Below, piece after piece: positions 9,938 through 20,200 of a stretch of DNA of 64,000 nucleotides. Both the position numbers and the translations under genes were made by a program. The stretch spans positions 10,078 to 74,077 of the forward strand of contig JAZNWF010000035.1 of assembly GCA_045593165.1 (NCBI GenBank). Direction: 5' to 3'. This stretch comes from Eubacteriales bacterium (GTDB lineage Bacteria; Bacillota; Clostridia; Oscillospirales; CAG-382). Every line of letters starts with the position of its first letter. Positions within the stretch are counted from its first letter, which is position 1. The notes under the pieces were generated by a model. It made no database searches and had not been told where the DNA came from. It saw nothing but the letters and a program-made list of their open reading frames with translations.

Positions 9938-10876
9938 TTAATAATGGACGTGTTTTTTGATCACCTTGTTGTTTATCAACGTTACAACAAGAATGATCGC
10001 AAACAGGATCAACGCCGCGGCACTGGCGCGTCCCTGACGGTCGCGCTCCAATGCATCGTAAACGAATCCGACCATTGTGTTAAGTCTGCCCGCGTCGTCG
10101 GCGGGACCCATTTTTTCACCGAATATACCGATGATACTCGAATATTCCTTGAAGCCGCCGATGAAGCCCGTGATTATTACGTATGCAAGCATCGGAGAAA
10201 GCAAGGGAATGGTTATACGGGTAAGTACTCTGCGTTTGGGAGTTCCGTCGACCTTGGCGGCATCGTAATACTGCTTGTTGATGCTTTGAAGACCGCCCAA
10301 CAGAATAAGTATCTTAAAGGGGAGGGCGTTCCAGACGATATAGATGATCATAACCGCCATATTCGCCATATAGGTCGAGCCCGCATTGATCCAGTTTATC
10401 GGTTCGCCGCCGAAAAACTGAATTACGTTGTTGATTATACCCCAGGTATCAGCCACGTTGCTTCCCTGCTTAAGACCTACGATATTGAACATCGCGGCGA
10501 AAACCATACCGATAGCAATAGAGTTTGTAACGTACGGCAGGAAGAATATGGTCTGAAGAGTTTTTTGCAGAGGCTTGATAGAATTAAGCGCAACCGCAAT
10601 AAGCAACGCAAGCGTTGTCGATATAGGAACGGTCGTAACACACAGAATGACCGTGTTTTTTAAGCACTGCAGAAATTCTTTATATTCAATAACCTTAAGG
10701 AAGTTTTCGATACCGAACTCAAACGTCGCGCCGCCGATAGCTGCCATATCGCCGTAACCGTTCAACAACGCCATACGTAATGTGTTGAAGATAGGCCATA
10801 CGGTAAACACGAGCAACAACACTATCGCAGGCGAAAGGTACAACCAAGCCTTCCATTGTTGTCTGTTATCTACCAT
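9938..10876 (-). CDS. ABC transporter permease (MalF/UgpA-like)
   Basis: TIFFLPY; EAA loop LGGLQSINKQYYDAAKVDG; ITIPLLSP. Confidence 0.92.
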   Translation of the reverse strand: MVDNRQQWKAWLYLSPAIVLLLVFTVWPIFNTLRMALLNGYGDMAAIGGATFEFGIENFLKVIEYKEFLQCLKNTVILCVTTVPISTTLALLIAVALNSIKPLQKTLQTIFFLPYVTNSIAIGMVFAAMFNIVGLKQGSNVADTWGIINNVIQFFGGEPINWINAGSTYMANMAVMIIYIVWNALPFKILILLGGLQSINKQYYDAAKVDGTPKRRVLTRITIPLLSPMLAYVIITGFIGGFKEYSSIIGIFGEKMGPADDAGRLNTMVGFVYDALERDRQGRASAAALILFAIILVVTLINNKVIKKHVHY

Positions 10877-10877
10877 T

Positions 10878-11981
10878 TCACTTCACCTCAAAGTAAATAC
10901 GCTCTTCGGTTTCCTTGTTGAAGAGGAAGAATTTATGGGGCTTGATGCTGTATTTAACGGTTTCCGCCGAGGTATCAACGCATATATCGGAGCTGATGAT
11001 CGCGCGGATAACGGGGCTTACAGCCGCCTCGTGAGTAGAAACGACGCTCGCATCACGTCCCATTACCTCGACGTTGGAGAGCTTACATTCGAAGGTTCCT
11101 TCGGGATCCGGTTCGATTCCTTCGGGACGGATACCGATATAAACGTCCTGATCCTCAACGCCCGAAATACTCATTACCGCTTCGTCGCCGATATAAACCT
11201 TACCATCCTGAACCTTGCCCTCGAGCACGTTGATGGGAGGAGTTCCCAAAAACTTCGCAACAAACAGATTCGTGGGATTATCGTAAACCTCCTGCGGCTT
11301 GCCTATCTGCTGAACCACGCCAAGCTTCATTACCACGATAACGTCGGAGATAGACATTGCTTCCTCCTGGTCGTGAGTAACGAACACGGTGGTGATGCCG
11401 GTTTCCTTCTGAATACGGCGGATTTCCTCACGGGTCTGCAAGCGCAATCTTGCATCGAGATTGGAAAGCGGCTCATCAAGCAAAAGCACTCTGGGCATTT
11501 TTACAAGCGCACGTGCAATTGCAACACGCTGCTGCTGACCGCCGGAAAGCTCGCTGGGCTTACGGCCCATAAGCTCATCGATCTGAACCAATTTCGCCGC
11601 CTCGTAAGCGCGTTCGAGCATTTCCTGCTTCGAAAGCTTGTCCTTGCCTGTGAGATTTTGCAACGGGAACATAATATTTTGCTGCACCGTCATATGAGGA
11701 TACAACGCATAGTTCTGGAAAACAAGGCCTATACCTCTGTTTTCGGTTGAAAGCTCGGTAACATCATCATCGCCGAAATAGATCTTACCGCTCGTGGGCT
11801 TTTGCAAGCCGCTTATCATATACAAGGTGGTACTTTTTCCGCATCCGGACGGTCCGAGAAGTCCGACAAGCTGACCGTCGGGAATTTCAAAAGTGAAATC
11901 GTTTACGGCTATTACCTCATCCCCCGACTTTTTATCGCGGCTGGGAAAAATTTTCGTTAGATGCTCTAACACAACCTTCAT
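10878..11981 (-). CDS. ABC transporter ATP-binding protein (MalK/UgpC-like)
   Basis: GPSGCGKS, FQNYALYPHM, LSGGQQQRVA, LLDEPLSNLD, VTHDQ. Confidence 0.95.
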   Translation of the reverse strand: MKVVLEHLTKIFPSRDKKSGDEVIAVNDFTFEIPDGQLVGLLGPSGCGKSTTLYMISGLQKPTSGKIYFGDDDVTELSTENRGIGLVFQNYALYPHMTVQQNIMFPLQNLTGKDKLSKQEMLERAYEAAKLVQIDELMGRKPSELSGGQQQRVAIARALVKMPRVLLLDEPLSNLDARLRLQTREEIRRIQKETGITTVFVTHDQEEAMSISDVIVVMKLGVVQQIGKPQEVYDNPTNLFVAKFLGTPPINVLEGKVQDGKVYIGDEAVMSISGVEDQDVYIGIRPEGIEPDPEGTFECKLSNVEVMGRDASVVSTHEAAVSPVIRAIISSDICVDTSAETVKYSIKPHKFFLFNKETEERIYFEVK

Positions 11982-12022
11982 AGTAGTTCCCTCTTTTATA
12001 GTTAGATTTATTTTTTATACTT

Positions 12023-12781
12023 TTAAAGCTCGCGAGACACCTTTTCGGCGTGGCGCGCTTTTTTGTACTCTATAAGCTGTTCACGGTTATCGAAAATACG
12101 TTGGCTTGCAAAATCCACTGCCACCGTACCTGCCAGAACGTCGTGCAGTAAGCCGTAGGTATGCGAGGTGACAAAGCAGATGATCTGAACCACGGCGTAA
12201 ATAAGCATTACCGCCAGACCCGTAATACCGATGGTGTTAAAGAAGATCATAATTACGATGCTCAACGGAATCATCAGCTCAAGCGCAAATTTTCCGAGCA
12301 CAGCGCGCACGAACAGCTGCAGGTTGCTTACCTTTATGCCCTCGTTATGCATAACGCCGATGCCGAATATCTTTTTACCCAACGTCTGACCGTTCTTCAG
12401 GAAAATCGGAACGAAAAATTCAACGACCAGAACTCCGAAGAGAACACCGAAAACCGTAATGATGAGCGAAAGATTTATCAGCATATTGTAGACGTAGATA
12501 ACGTCTTTATCTTCGGATATTGCCTTGGAGGCGGCATCGTAATTCTGCCTTTGCCCGTCGTCCAACGCGTTGTATTCCTCTTGCGTTATATCAAGTGTAA
12601 TACCGTATTCGGATTCATAGCTTTGATAAGAGGAATCAAGTCGCTCCATATATCCGTCATAGCCAAGCACCGAGGAAAGTATCGTTGCCACGGCGACGGC
12701 AATAATGCTTAACAATATTCCGTCAAAGATGGCGGCAATTATTCTTTTTCCTATGCTTGCTTTTTGCAGATCTGTATTCAT
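12023..12781 (-). CDS. RDD family membrane protein
   Basis: ASIGKRIIAAIFD...GQTLGKKIFGI...R...LHDVLAGT signature. Confidence 0.85.
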   Translation of the reverse strand: MNTDLQKASIGKRIIAAIFDGILLSIIAVAVATILSSVLGYDGYMERLDSSYQSYESEYGITLDITQEEYNALDDGQRQNYDAASKAISEDKDVIYVYNMLINLSLIITVFGVLFGVLVVEFFVPIFLKNGQTLGKKIFGIGVMHNEGIKVSNLQLFVRAVLGKFALELMIPLSIVIMIFFNTIGITGLAVMLIYAVVQIICFVTSHTYGLLHDVLAGTVAVDFASQRIFDNREQLIEYKKARHAEKVSREL

Positions 12782-12799
12782 TTCGGAAATGCTCCTTGA

Positions 12800-13912
12800 T
12801 CATACGCCCAATCGGCAGCGAATTTCTTCGACAGCCCGTTTGCAGTCTTCATACTTCACGGTATAATCACACACTTGGGCATTACGCGCCTCGGCGTGAA
12901 TGGCAAGCAATCGATTTGCCTTATCCTCGGTCGTGCAATCCTTATTGAGTATTGCGGTGATCAGTTCCTTTTTATCACGCTTGACGTAGACGGTGATAAC
13001 GTGCGGAAATTGAGTTTTGAGCGCCATGGCACCGCAAATGTCCATTACGGTGATCACGCTTTTGCCGTCCGCCAATATTTTTTCGACGTCCGATTTGCGA
13101 GAGCCGTAGGAATGATAAGCATAGGTCGTCGTTTCAAACAGCTGATTACTGTCCGCCATAGCTCTGAATTCTTCGTCGGTAACATAATGATACCAGCCGT
13201 CTCCGCGCGCAAGTGCCGAAGGGTCGGTCGTATAGCCGACAAGCTTTTCAAAGGAAGGCACCTGCTCCAACAGCTCGCGTGCGATATCGTTTTTACCGCT
13301 TCCCGAGGGGCCTACGAGCACCACGATTCCCGGCTTATCAAGCGTTTGACATTCGCGGTTAACGCTGTAACCGTTTGCAATGATTTCAACAAGCTTTAAA
13401 AATTCATCGTAATTATTTACCGAAAGTATCCCCGTCGCCTCCTGATTCCACGGGCGACGCATAAGAATGGGATATGCCGCGTTGGAATTAAGAACGTTGT
13501 GCATTCCGTCATCGAAGAGAATATCAACGTCGATCATATCCTTGCGCGAGCCCATAAGTATATGGTCCTTGGGAATTTCGGGAAATTCTTGAAGTATACG
13601 CTGAAAGCGCAACGTCATATATTCGGGCCATACCGCAGTAGTTACGAAGATCTCGGTCATTTGCGAAAGCTTCTTTACAAATTCACGTGCACCCTTGATG
13701 ACCGGCTGGTTAACAAAAAAATCGGGCTCGTCCATACATTCGAAAATAACGTCGGCACGGGTTCCTGTTTTTCCCCAACGGTTTACCTCGTGAATGGAAA
13801 GCGGCGGATCGAATTTATATTTTTCGTTTGCCAAGCGGATGGCATACGGTATACATTCAAGCAGAAGATCATCCACGTCCAAGGCGGTGGAAAGACGAAA
13901 GCTTCTGTTCAT
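12800..13912 (-). CDS. Fusion of a HAD 5'(3')-deoxyribonucleotidase (NT5C-like) and a guanylate-kinase-like domain
   Basis: N-terminal LDVDD, FVTTA, K...DILFDDGMHN, RRPWN; C-terminal VLVGPSGSGK, YTT, YHYV, YGS. Confidence 0.8.
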   Translation of the reverse strand: MNRSFRLSTALDVDDLLLECIPYAIRLANEKYKFDPPLSIHEVNRWGKTGTRADVIFECMDEPDFFVNQPVIKGAREFVKKLSQMTEIFVTTAVWPEYMTLRFQRILQEFPEIPKDHILMGSRKDMIDVDILFDDGMHNVLNSNAAYPILMRRPWNQEATGILSVNNYDEFLKLVEIIANGYSVNRECQTLDKPGIVVLVGPSGSGKNDIARELLEQVPSFEKLVGYTTDPSALARGDGWYHYVTDEEFRAMADSNQLFETTTYAYHSYGSRKSDVEKILADGKSVITVMDICGAMALKTQFPHVITVYVKRDKKELITAILNKDCTTEDKANRLLAIHAEARNAQVCDYTVKYEDCKRAVEEIRCRLGV

Positions 13913-14045
13913 AAAATCTCTCTTTTCTGTTTTAAGGTAAAATTTCCCTACCTTAATTTATATTCTATTATATAATAACATATTTATATACAAAAAGGCA
14001 AGATTTTTTACGAAAAAAGTCACATTTTTGCCAAAAATAAAGCTC

Positions 14046-14074
14046 TTGATATTGCCGCGCCGCGATGATATAAT
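14046..14074 (+). promoter_or_regulatory. sigmaA-type promoter of the 5'-nucleotidase
   Basis: TTGATA-N17-TATAAT with extended -10 TG. Confidence 0.7.
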
Positions 14075-14114
14075 TTCTACGTACATACAATACGGCATAT
14101 AAAGGGTGAACGGC

Positions 14115-16544
14115 GTGAAATTTCTCAAAAAAAGCATCGCGTTTATTTTAATATTAATAATATCGGCTTCCGCCTGCGCATGCGGCTCGGAGCCCTGCTC
14201 TGCGCATACCGACGCAAATACCGACGGCATCTGCGACGCATGCAGTCAAAAGGCGTTTGCCTATATAGACGTATACTCGATAAGCGACATTACCGCAGAT
14301 CAGCCCATAAGTAAGCTCGAAAATTATATCCGTCAGGTCGGAGGCAACGAAAACACGCTTATATTGTCTACGGGAAATATGTGGCTTGACGGTGAAGAAA
14401 GAATCGCGTGGATGGACGGTCTCGGCTTTGACGCCATGGCAGTTGGAGACTGCGAGCTTTCAAAGGGGTTAAACGCGCTCGAAAGCGACGCAAAAGGTGC
14501 AAAACACCCGTTGCTTGCCATAAACGTTTATGACCGAAGCACCAAAACCCACGCCGATTTCTGCAAGCCCTCGGTAATATTGGAGCGTGACGGAGCAAGA
14601 ATAGGAATCATCGGAGCGGTCGCGGCGGAAACGAGCGAGGATTTTTATATCCGTACCGGCAACGATCTCACGTCCTTGGTAAAAGCGGAATCGGAACGAT
14701 TGCGCAATGAAGAAAACGCAGACATTATCATCTATCTGCTTCACGACGGATACGGCCGAAGCGATACCGCGTTTTTGCAAAAGGTTTCCGACGGCCAGAT
14801 AAAATCTTATTACGACATTTCCCTTTCCGAAGGCTACGTTGATATCGTTTTCGAGGGCAAAACGGGCAAGGCATACCGTCTTGAAGACCGACACGGAATA
14901 TATCACCTGCAAAACGCAGGCGGCATTTCCTACGCCTCGATAGCCGTAAATATCGCCGATAACAATGCTACAATCAGCTCTACCAAGCTCATTTCCTCGG
15001 ACGCGGAATTGCCGCCCGAAAATCCCGAGATCGAAAGCACTCCCGATATAGAAAGCTCGCTTGACACAAGCGACAACGACAGCAACAGCGATAACGATAA
15101 CAACGTTTGCGGCAAGCACACCGACAAAAACAGCGATACAGTTTGTGACGTTTGCGACGAATCGGTTATAGTTTATTTCGATTTTTACACAATAAACGAT
15201 CTTCACGGCAAGTTGGCAGATTCCGACAGCCATGTCGGTGTTGACGAGCTGTCCACGTTCCTTAAAAACGCACGCAAGACCGATCAAAACGCGATCTTCC
15301 TTTCGGCAGGCGATATGTGGCAGGGCTCCTCGGAATCCAATATGACAAAGGGGCTTATTATCACCGATTGGATGAACGAGCTCGATTTCACAGCGATGAC
15401 GCTCGGCAACCACGAATACGATTGGGGCTCGGAATATATCGGCAACAACGAAAAGCTTGCCGAATTCCCGTTCCTTGCCATAAATGTTTACGAGCGCGCC
15501 ACCAATAAGCTCGCGCCATACTGTCAGCCGTCGGTAACCGTGGAGGCGGACGGCCTGCAAATAGGAATCATCGGCGCGATGGGCGATTGCTATTCCTCGA
15601 TAGCAACAGACAAATCCGACGACGTGTATTTCAAGGTCGGTGCACAGCTTACCGCGTTGGTAAAGGAAGAATCCGAGCGTTTGCGCGGCGAGGGTGTGGA
15701 TTTTATCGTATACGTTATCCACGACGGCTACGGAAGCTCGCATTACGGATACACAAAGCAGGTTTCCTCTTCTCAGATTTCGGGCTATTACGATATTTCC
15801 CTCTCCGACGGATATATCGACCTTGTTTTCGAGGGACATACGCATCAGGGCTATTTACTGCAGGACGAGCACGGAGTGTACCACCTGCAAAACCGCGGCG
15901 ACAACAAGGGCGGAATATCACACGCGGAGGTTGCGATAAACTCGGTCACCAACAGCGCCGAGGTCGAGGTCGCGGAATTGATAAGCACCTCTGCATATTC
16001 GGGGCTTGCCGACGACCCTGTCGTTAAAAAGCTTCTCGAAAAATACGACGAGCTTATTTCTCCCGCCAACAAGGTGTTGGGATACAACAAAACCTACCGC
16101 AACAGCAATTATCTGTGTCAGCTGGTGGCTGACCTGTATTACGACGCCGGTGTCGAAAAATGGGGCGATGAATACGATATAGTGCTCGGAGGCGGATACC
16201 TTTCCACCCGAAGCCCTTATAATCTGTATTCAGGCGAGATCATGTACTCCGATCTGCAATCGCTGTTCCCGTTTGATAACCAATTGGCGCTGTGCTCAAT
16301 AAAGGGCAGTTATCTGAAATCGAAATTCTTTGAAACGAATAACAACGATTATTTTATCTGCTACGACGAATACGGAAGCAGTATCAAAAACAGTATCAAC
16401 GCCAACGCAACCTATTACGTTGTTGTTGACACTTATACCGCCTATTACGCTCCGAACCGACTCACCGTGATCGAGCTTTACGACGAAACCACCTTTGCCC
16501 GTGATCTGCTCGCAGATCACGTAGAAGCAGGCGGCTTGTCGTAG
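14115..16544 (+). CDS. Surface 5'-nucleotidase/bifunctional metallophosphatase lipoprotein with a duplicated N-terminal domain
   Basis: Likely GTG start at 14115 after aaagggtga; signal peptide with Cys; intact NDLHG, AGD, GNHEYD and GHTH motifs in the second domain; C-terminal 5'-nucleotidase domain (LFPFDN). Confidence 0.85.
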   Translation: MKFLKKSIAFILILIISASACACGSEPCSAHTDANTDGICDACSQKAFAYIDVYSISDITADQPISKLENYIRQVGGNENTLILSTGNMWLDGEERIAWMDGLGFDAMAVGDCELSKGLNALESDAKGAKHPLLAINVYDRSTKTHADFCKPSVILERDGARIGIIGAVAAETSEDFYIRTGNDLTSLVKAESERLRNEENADIIIYLLHDGYGRSDTAFLQKVSDGQIKSYYDISLSEGYVDIVFEGKTGKAYRLEDRHGIYHLQNAGGISYASIAVNIADNNATISSTKLISSDAELPPENPEIESTPDIESSLDTSDNDSNSDNDNNVCGKHTDKNSDTVCDVCDESVIVYFDFYTINDLHGKLADSDSHVGVDELSTFLKNARKTDQNAIFLSAGDMWQGSSESNMTKGLIITDWMNELDFTAMTLGNHEYDWGSEYIGNNEKLAEFPFLAINVYERATNKLAPYCQPSVTVEADGLQIGIIGAMGDCYSSIATDKSDDVYFKVGAQLTALVKEESERLRGEGVDFIVYVIHDGYGSSHYGYTKQVSSSQISGYYDISLSDGYIDLVFEGHTHQGYLLQDEHGVYHLQNRGDNKGGISHAEVAINSVTNSAEVEVAELISTSAYSGLADDPVVKKLLEKYDELISPANKVLGYNKTYRNSNYLCQLVADLYYDAGVEKWGDEYDIVLGGGYLSTRSPYNLYSGEIMYSDLQSLFPFDNQLALCSIKGSYLKSKFFETNNNDYFICYDEYGSSIKNSINANATYYVVVDTYTAYYAPNRLTVIELYDETTFARDLLADHVEAGGLS

Positions 16545-16641
16545 GGCGGCAATAAAGAAGATTGTCACTATCAAAAAAAGCAAACGATATTTATTTGGCT
16601 AACTGTATTACTCGGAAGCAAAATAAAGGAAGGATACGCCT

Positions 16642-17199
16642 ATGAACACGACGGATTGGAAATTTGATTTTTCGTCCCTGCCGCATTGGGAGAACCGTCT
16701 CCACTCGCACTTTATTTTCGACGAGTTTCACGAGATTCCGCAAAGCGATATGCTATGCTGTATATACTCAATCAGCGAAGTGACTATGTGTAATCCCTTG
16801 GGTTTTTTGGTGATACTAAAAAACAAAGAAAAGCCCGAGTTGTATTTGAACGCGGCTGACAGATTGCTTTTTTGCAATAACTTTTCGGTAAGTCAAAGGG
16901 GCGATTTGATTTTTCTTCAGCCGAGCATATACAAGGGCGAAGTCAACCGAATAAAGCGACCGATTTTAATTATAGACGTCTGCAAAAACGCGTTTTCGTA
17001 TATCGATACCGACAATACCAATCCCTGTTATAAGGTTACAGAAATAAACCACGCAGTATTCAAAATAATGCCCGATGAGGTTCAGGCAAAAAGCAACAAG
17101 CAGTTGCGGAAGTTAGCAAGAAAAACCATAAGGACAAAACGGCTGAAATGGCGCGACCTTTCCGAATTGGAATCGTTGCCCGATCTGATAAGCTTTTAA
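16642..17199 (+). CDS. Hypothetical protein
   Basis: 185-aa ORF with RBS aaggaagg; no recognisable motif. Confidence 0.6.
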   Translation: MNTTDWKFDFSSLPHWENRLHSHFIFDEFHEIPQSDMLCCIYSISEVTMCNPLGFLVILKNKEKPELYLNAADRLLFCNNFSVSQRGDLIFLQPSIYKGEVNRIKRPILIIDVCKNAFSYIDTDNTNPCYKVTEINHAVFKIMPDEVQAKSNKQLRKLARKTIRTKRLKWRDLSELESLPDLISF

Positions 17200-17204
17200 A
17201 CCCC

Positions 17205-17240
17205 AACGCCCGAAGCGTGTGCTTCGGGCGTTTTATCTTT
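17205..17240. terminator. Intrinsic terminator between convergent genes
   Basis: aacgcccgaagc-gtgt-gcttcgggcgtt followed by a T tract. Confidence 0.75.
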
Positions 17241-17241
17241 T

Positions 17242-20200
17242 TTATCCCAATGGTAATTCCAGCTTATGCTCGCCGTCGGGGACAGTCAGGGGAAACGACA
17301 CGGGTTCACCGTCAAGCGTTGGCGATTTCACATTTTCCGATGCGGAAACAGAAAGCTTGGCGTTGATAAGACCTATTTCGGCGTCGAACGCGATTTTCGG
17401 CTCTGCGGACAGCAAGCTGTTACCTGCGCCGAGCTTCAAGCCGAGCACATTTTCGATCATTATCCGATAATACCAAGATGCCGCGCCCGTATACCAGCTC
17501 CAACCGCCGCGGCCTACGTGCTCGCCCGAATAAATATCCGCCGCGATTGCATACGGCTCGCATTTATACCTGCTTGCAAGCTCCTTATCGGCACAGCGCG
17601 ACGCGGGATTTGCGCAATCCAATATCAGCAACGCTTCCTCTGTTAACCCTGCCGACAGGCAACCGAGCGCACCCCAAAGCGCGCCGTGGGTATACTGCCC
17701 TCCGTTTTCGCGTATGCCCGCAACGTAGCCGCGGATATAGCCTACCCTTGCCCTGCCGTTTGCAAACGGAGGCGAAAACAGCTTGAATATTCTGTGTTTT
17801 CGGTCATAAAGCTTTGAAAACGCCGTAACAAGCGCGGTTTTTGAGCGTTCGGGGTTGATTTTTGCAAGCTCGGCAAAGGATTGCGAAAGAATATCGATTT
17901 TGCATTCCTCGCTCGATTCCACACCCAAAACCGTGCCGTCGTCGCATATTGCACGTGCATATCTGTCGCCGTAAAAAGCTATTTCATCAACCGTGCGACG
18001 CAGTTTTTCGGTGATTGCTCTATAATGCTCTGCCGCCTCGGTATCGCCGCGCGATTCCATTATCGGAGCAAAGCGTTCCGCCGCGATGATAAACAGCAGC
18101 GTCGAAAAAACGCTTTCGCCCAACCCCTTCTCGCCAACGAGCGAAAACGCATCGTTCCAATCGCAGCTGCCCATAAGGACAAGCCCGTTTCTGCCCAATT
18201 TCTCGGCGCAGGCAAGCGCGCGCAGACAATGCTTATACACCGATTCCTTTATATCGCTTCTTTGCGGCTGCTCGTACCGTTCACCCATTTCGCCCAACGG
18301 CGAAGATGTCATATAATAGGTTTCGGTATCAAGCAGGCTGTCATCGCCTGTTTTTTGCAAATAATCGGCGGTCACTATCGGCAGGTACAATAAATCGTCA
18401 GAGCATTTGCTTTTTATGCCCCTGTTTACGCTGTCGAAATTGCGTGTATGCCACCAATGCATAACGCTTCCGTCTGTATATTGATGCGCACAGCAACGGA
18501 TTATATGCGTCCGCACCTTATGAGGCATCGAATAAACAAGCGTTAACGAATCCTGCAGTTGATCGCGGAAGCCATACGCGCCGCCGCTTTGATAAAACGA
18601 GCCCCTTGCGAAGAATCTGCAGGCGGCAACTTGATAAGGCAGAAAAAAGTTCATCAAAGCATTGTTCGCGTTGCTTCGCGTATTTACTCTTATATTCGGA
18701 ACAAGCGATTCGGCAAAGCCCCGCGCCTCCGAAACGCAGGATTCAAAAAAGTGTTTATTTATACGCGAAGCAATATTCAGCGCACCCGATTCGGTTGCAC
18801 ACGCACCGATAAAAAACAGAATATCGTTGCCCGCGGCGAAAAGACGTGTTTTGCCTACGTCCGCCCTGCCCGAAGCCACGCCCGCAAAGCCATACCCCTC
18901 GGGGTATGTCATACCGAATATATTTTTGAACAGAAAGCCGACGCTTCCGTTTTCCGAAAAGCCTGCCGATTCTATTCTGTTCGAGCCATATACGGTATCG
19001 CCCATAACCGCCTCCAACGAAAATACCGTTTCGGGAGTCATCTGCTTATCGTATTCCACACGTATAAGCTTTACGGGAAATTTTGGATGCACGGTTACCG
19101 TAACGCGATACTCGTTACCCTCGATATTGCCGTAATACGAAGCAGAGCCCTTTTCGTAGCATACCCTCGAGGAGCAGGCGCAAAGATCGTATTTTTTGTC
19201 ATTTGACAGCACAAATATCCGCTCACCGTCGTCAAGCGTCTTCGGGTCGCCGTAGAATGAGCAAAGCCTTCGTTCACGTGCGTTATCGAAAAAGGTATAA
19301 CCAAGACTGCTTTGCGTTACGACTGTTGAAAACCTATGCCCCGTCAGCACGAACGAATAAGGCGCACCCGGCAGACTGCTTTTATCCACCACAAATCCGT
19401 CGGTGATAAAATAGCCGTTTTTCGATGAAAGCGCGCCCTCGGGAACAATAAGACGCGACGCATTCTGCACGGAAGCAACCGTTTTTAAAAGCGAGATCTC
19501 ATCCGCGCCCGAGCAGTGCTCGGCATCGTTCGAAAAATCCATATAAAAGCTTGCACAGCTTTTTAAGGCACGCGCAAGAGTATCGCCGATATCGCCCTGC
19601 CGCAACAGAAATATACCGCCGCTTCTGCCGATATATTGCAGACATTTCAGTTCTGCACAGCAGTTCCTTACAGCCGTTTCGACAGGACGGTTATATCCGT
19701 CGGTATCGTTGATTATGAATATAAGCTCGCAACGGATGCACGCTCTTGCAAGGGTCAAAAATGCGTTTATTGCAGATCTCGTTCTCGAAACCGATTTTTC
19801 GGATGCCGATATCACCGCCAACGGATAATCGCCCGATATACGTCGGCTCCAAAGCTCGCCTATATCGCAGGAATCAAGCTCGGTCAGCGTACTTTTTTCT
19901 CTACCGTAAAGCAGATCAGACAGCATTTTATCGAATATTTCGCCGCCCGCAGCCGAATCGCCCTCCGACTTGTCCGCACGTGCAAGTCGGATATTTTTTT
20001 CGCATTCGTCTTTTGTTTCTCCGCAGGTTATCAGAAACGTTGCCCTGCCGCCCTCTGCTCCGTTACAGCGGACAAGACAAAGCGGATCTATGCACGCGCC
20101 GACGCGGTTATCGGCTTCACAGCCTGCATAATCAAACGGTGAAACGATCGAGCTTGCGGCAAAGCATTCCCTATCGGTGCGGAACGAAAACGCCATATCT

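Noticed and set aside
7562-11981. Assigning ugp or mal gene symbols to the ABC transporter
   Set aside because: The family is clear but the substrate is not, and the context points to nucleotides.
16545-17240. Orphan gene as a third cassette or element copy
   Set aside because: A weak caaacgatattt motif lies upstream, but there is no array, chassis promoter, end hairpins, GAGA ends or downstream site.
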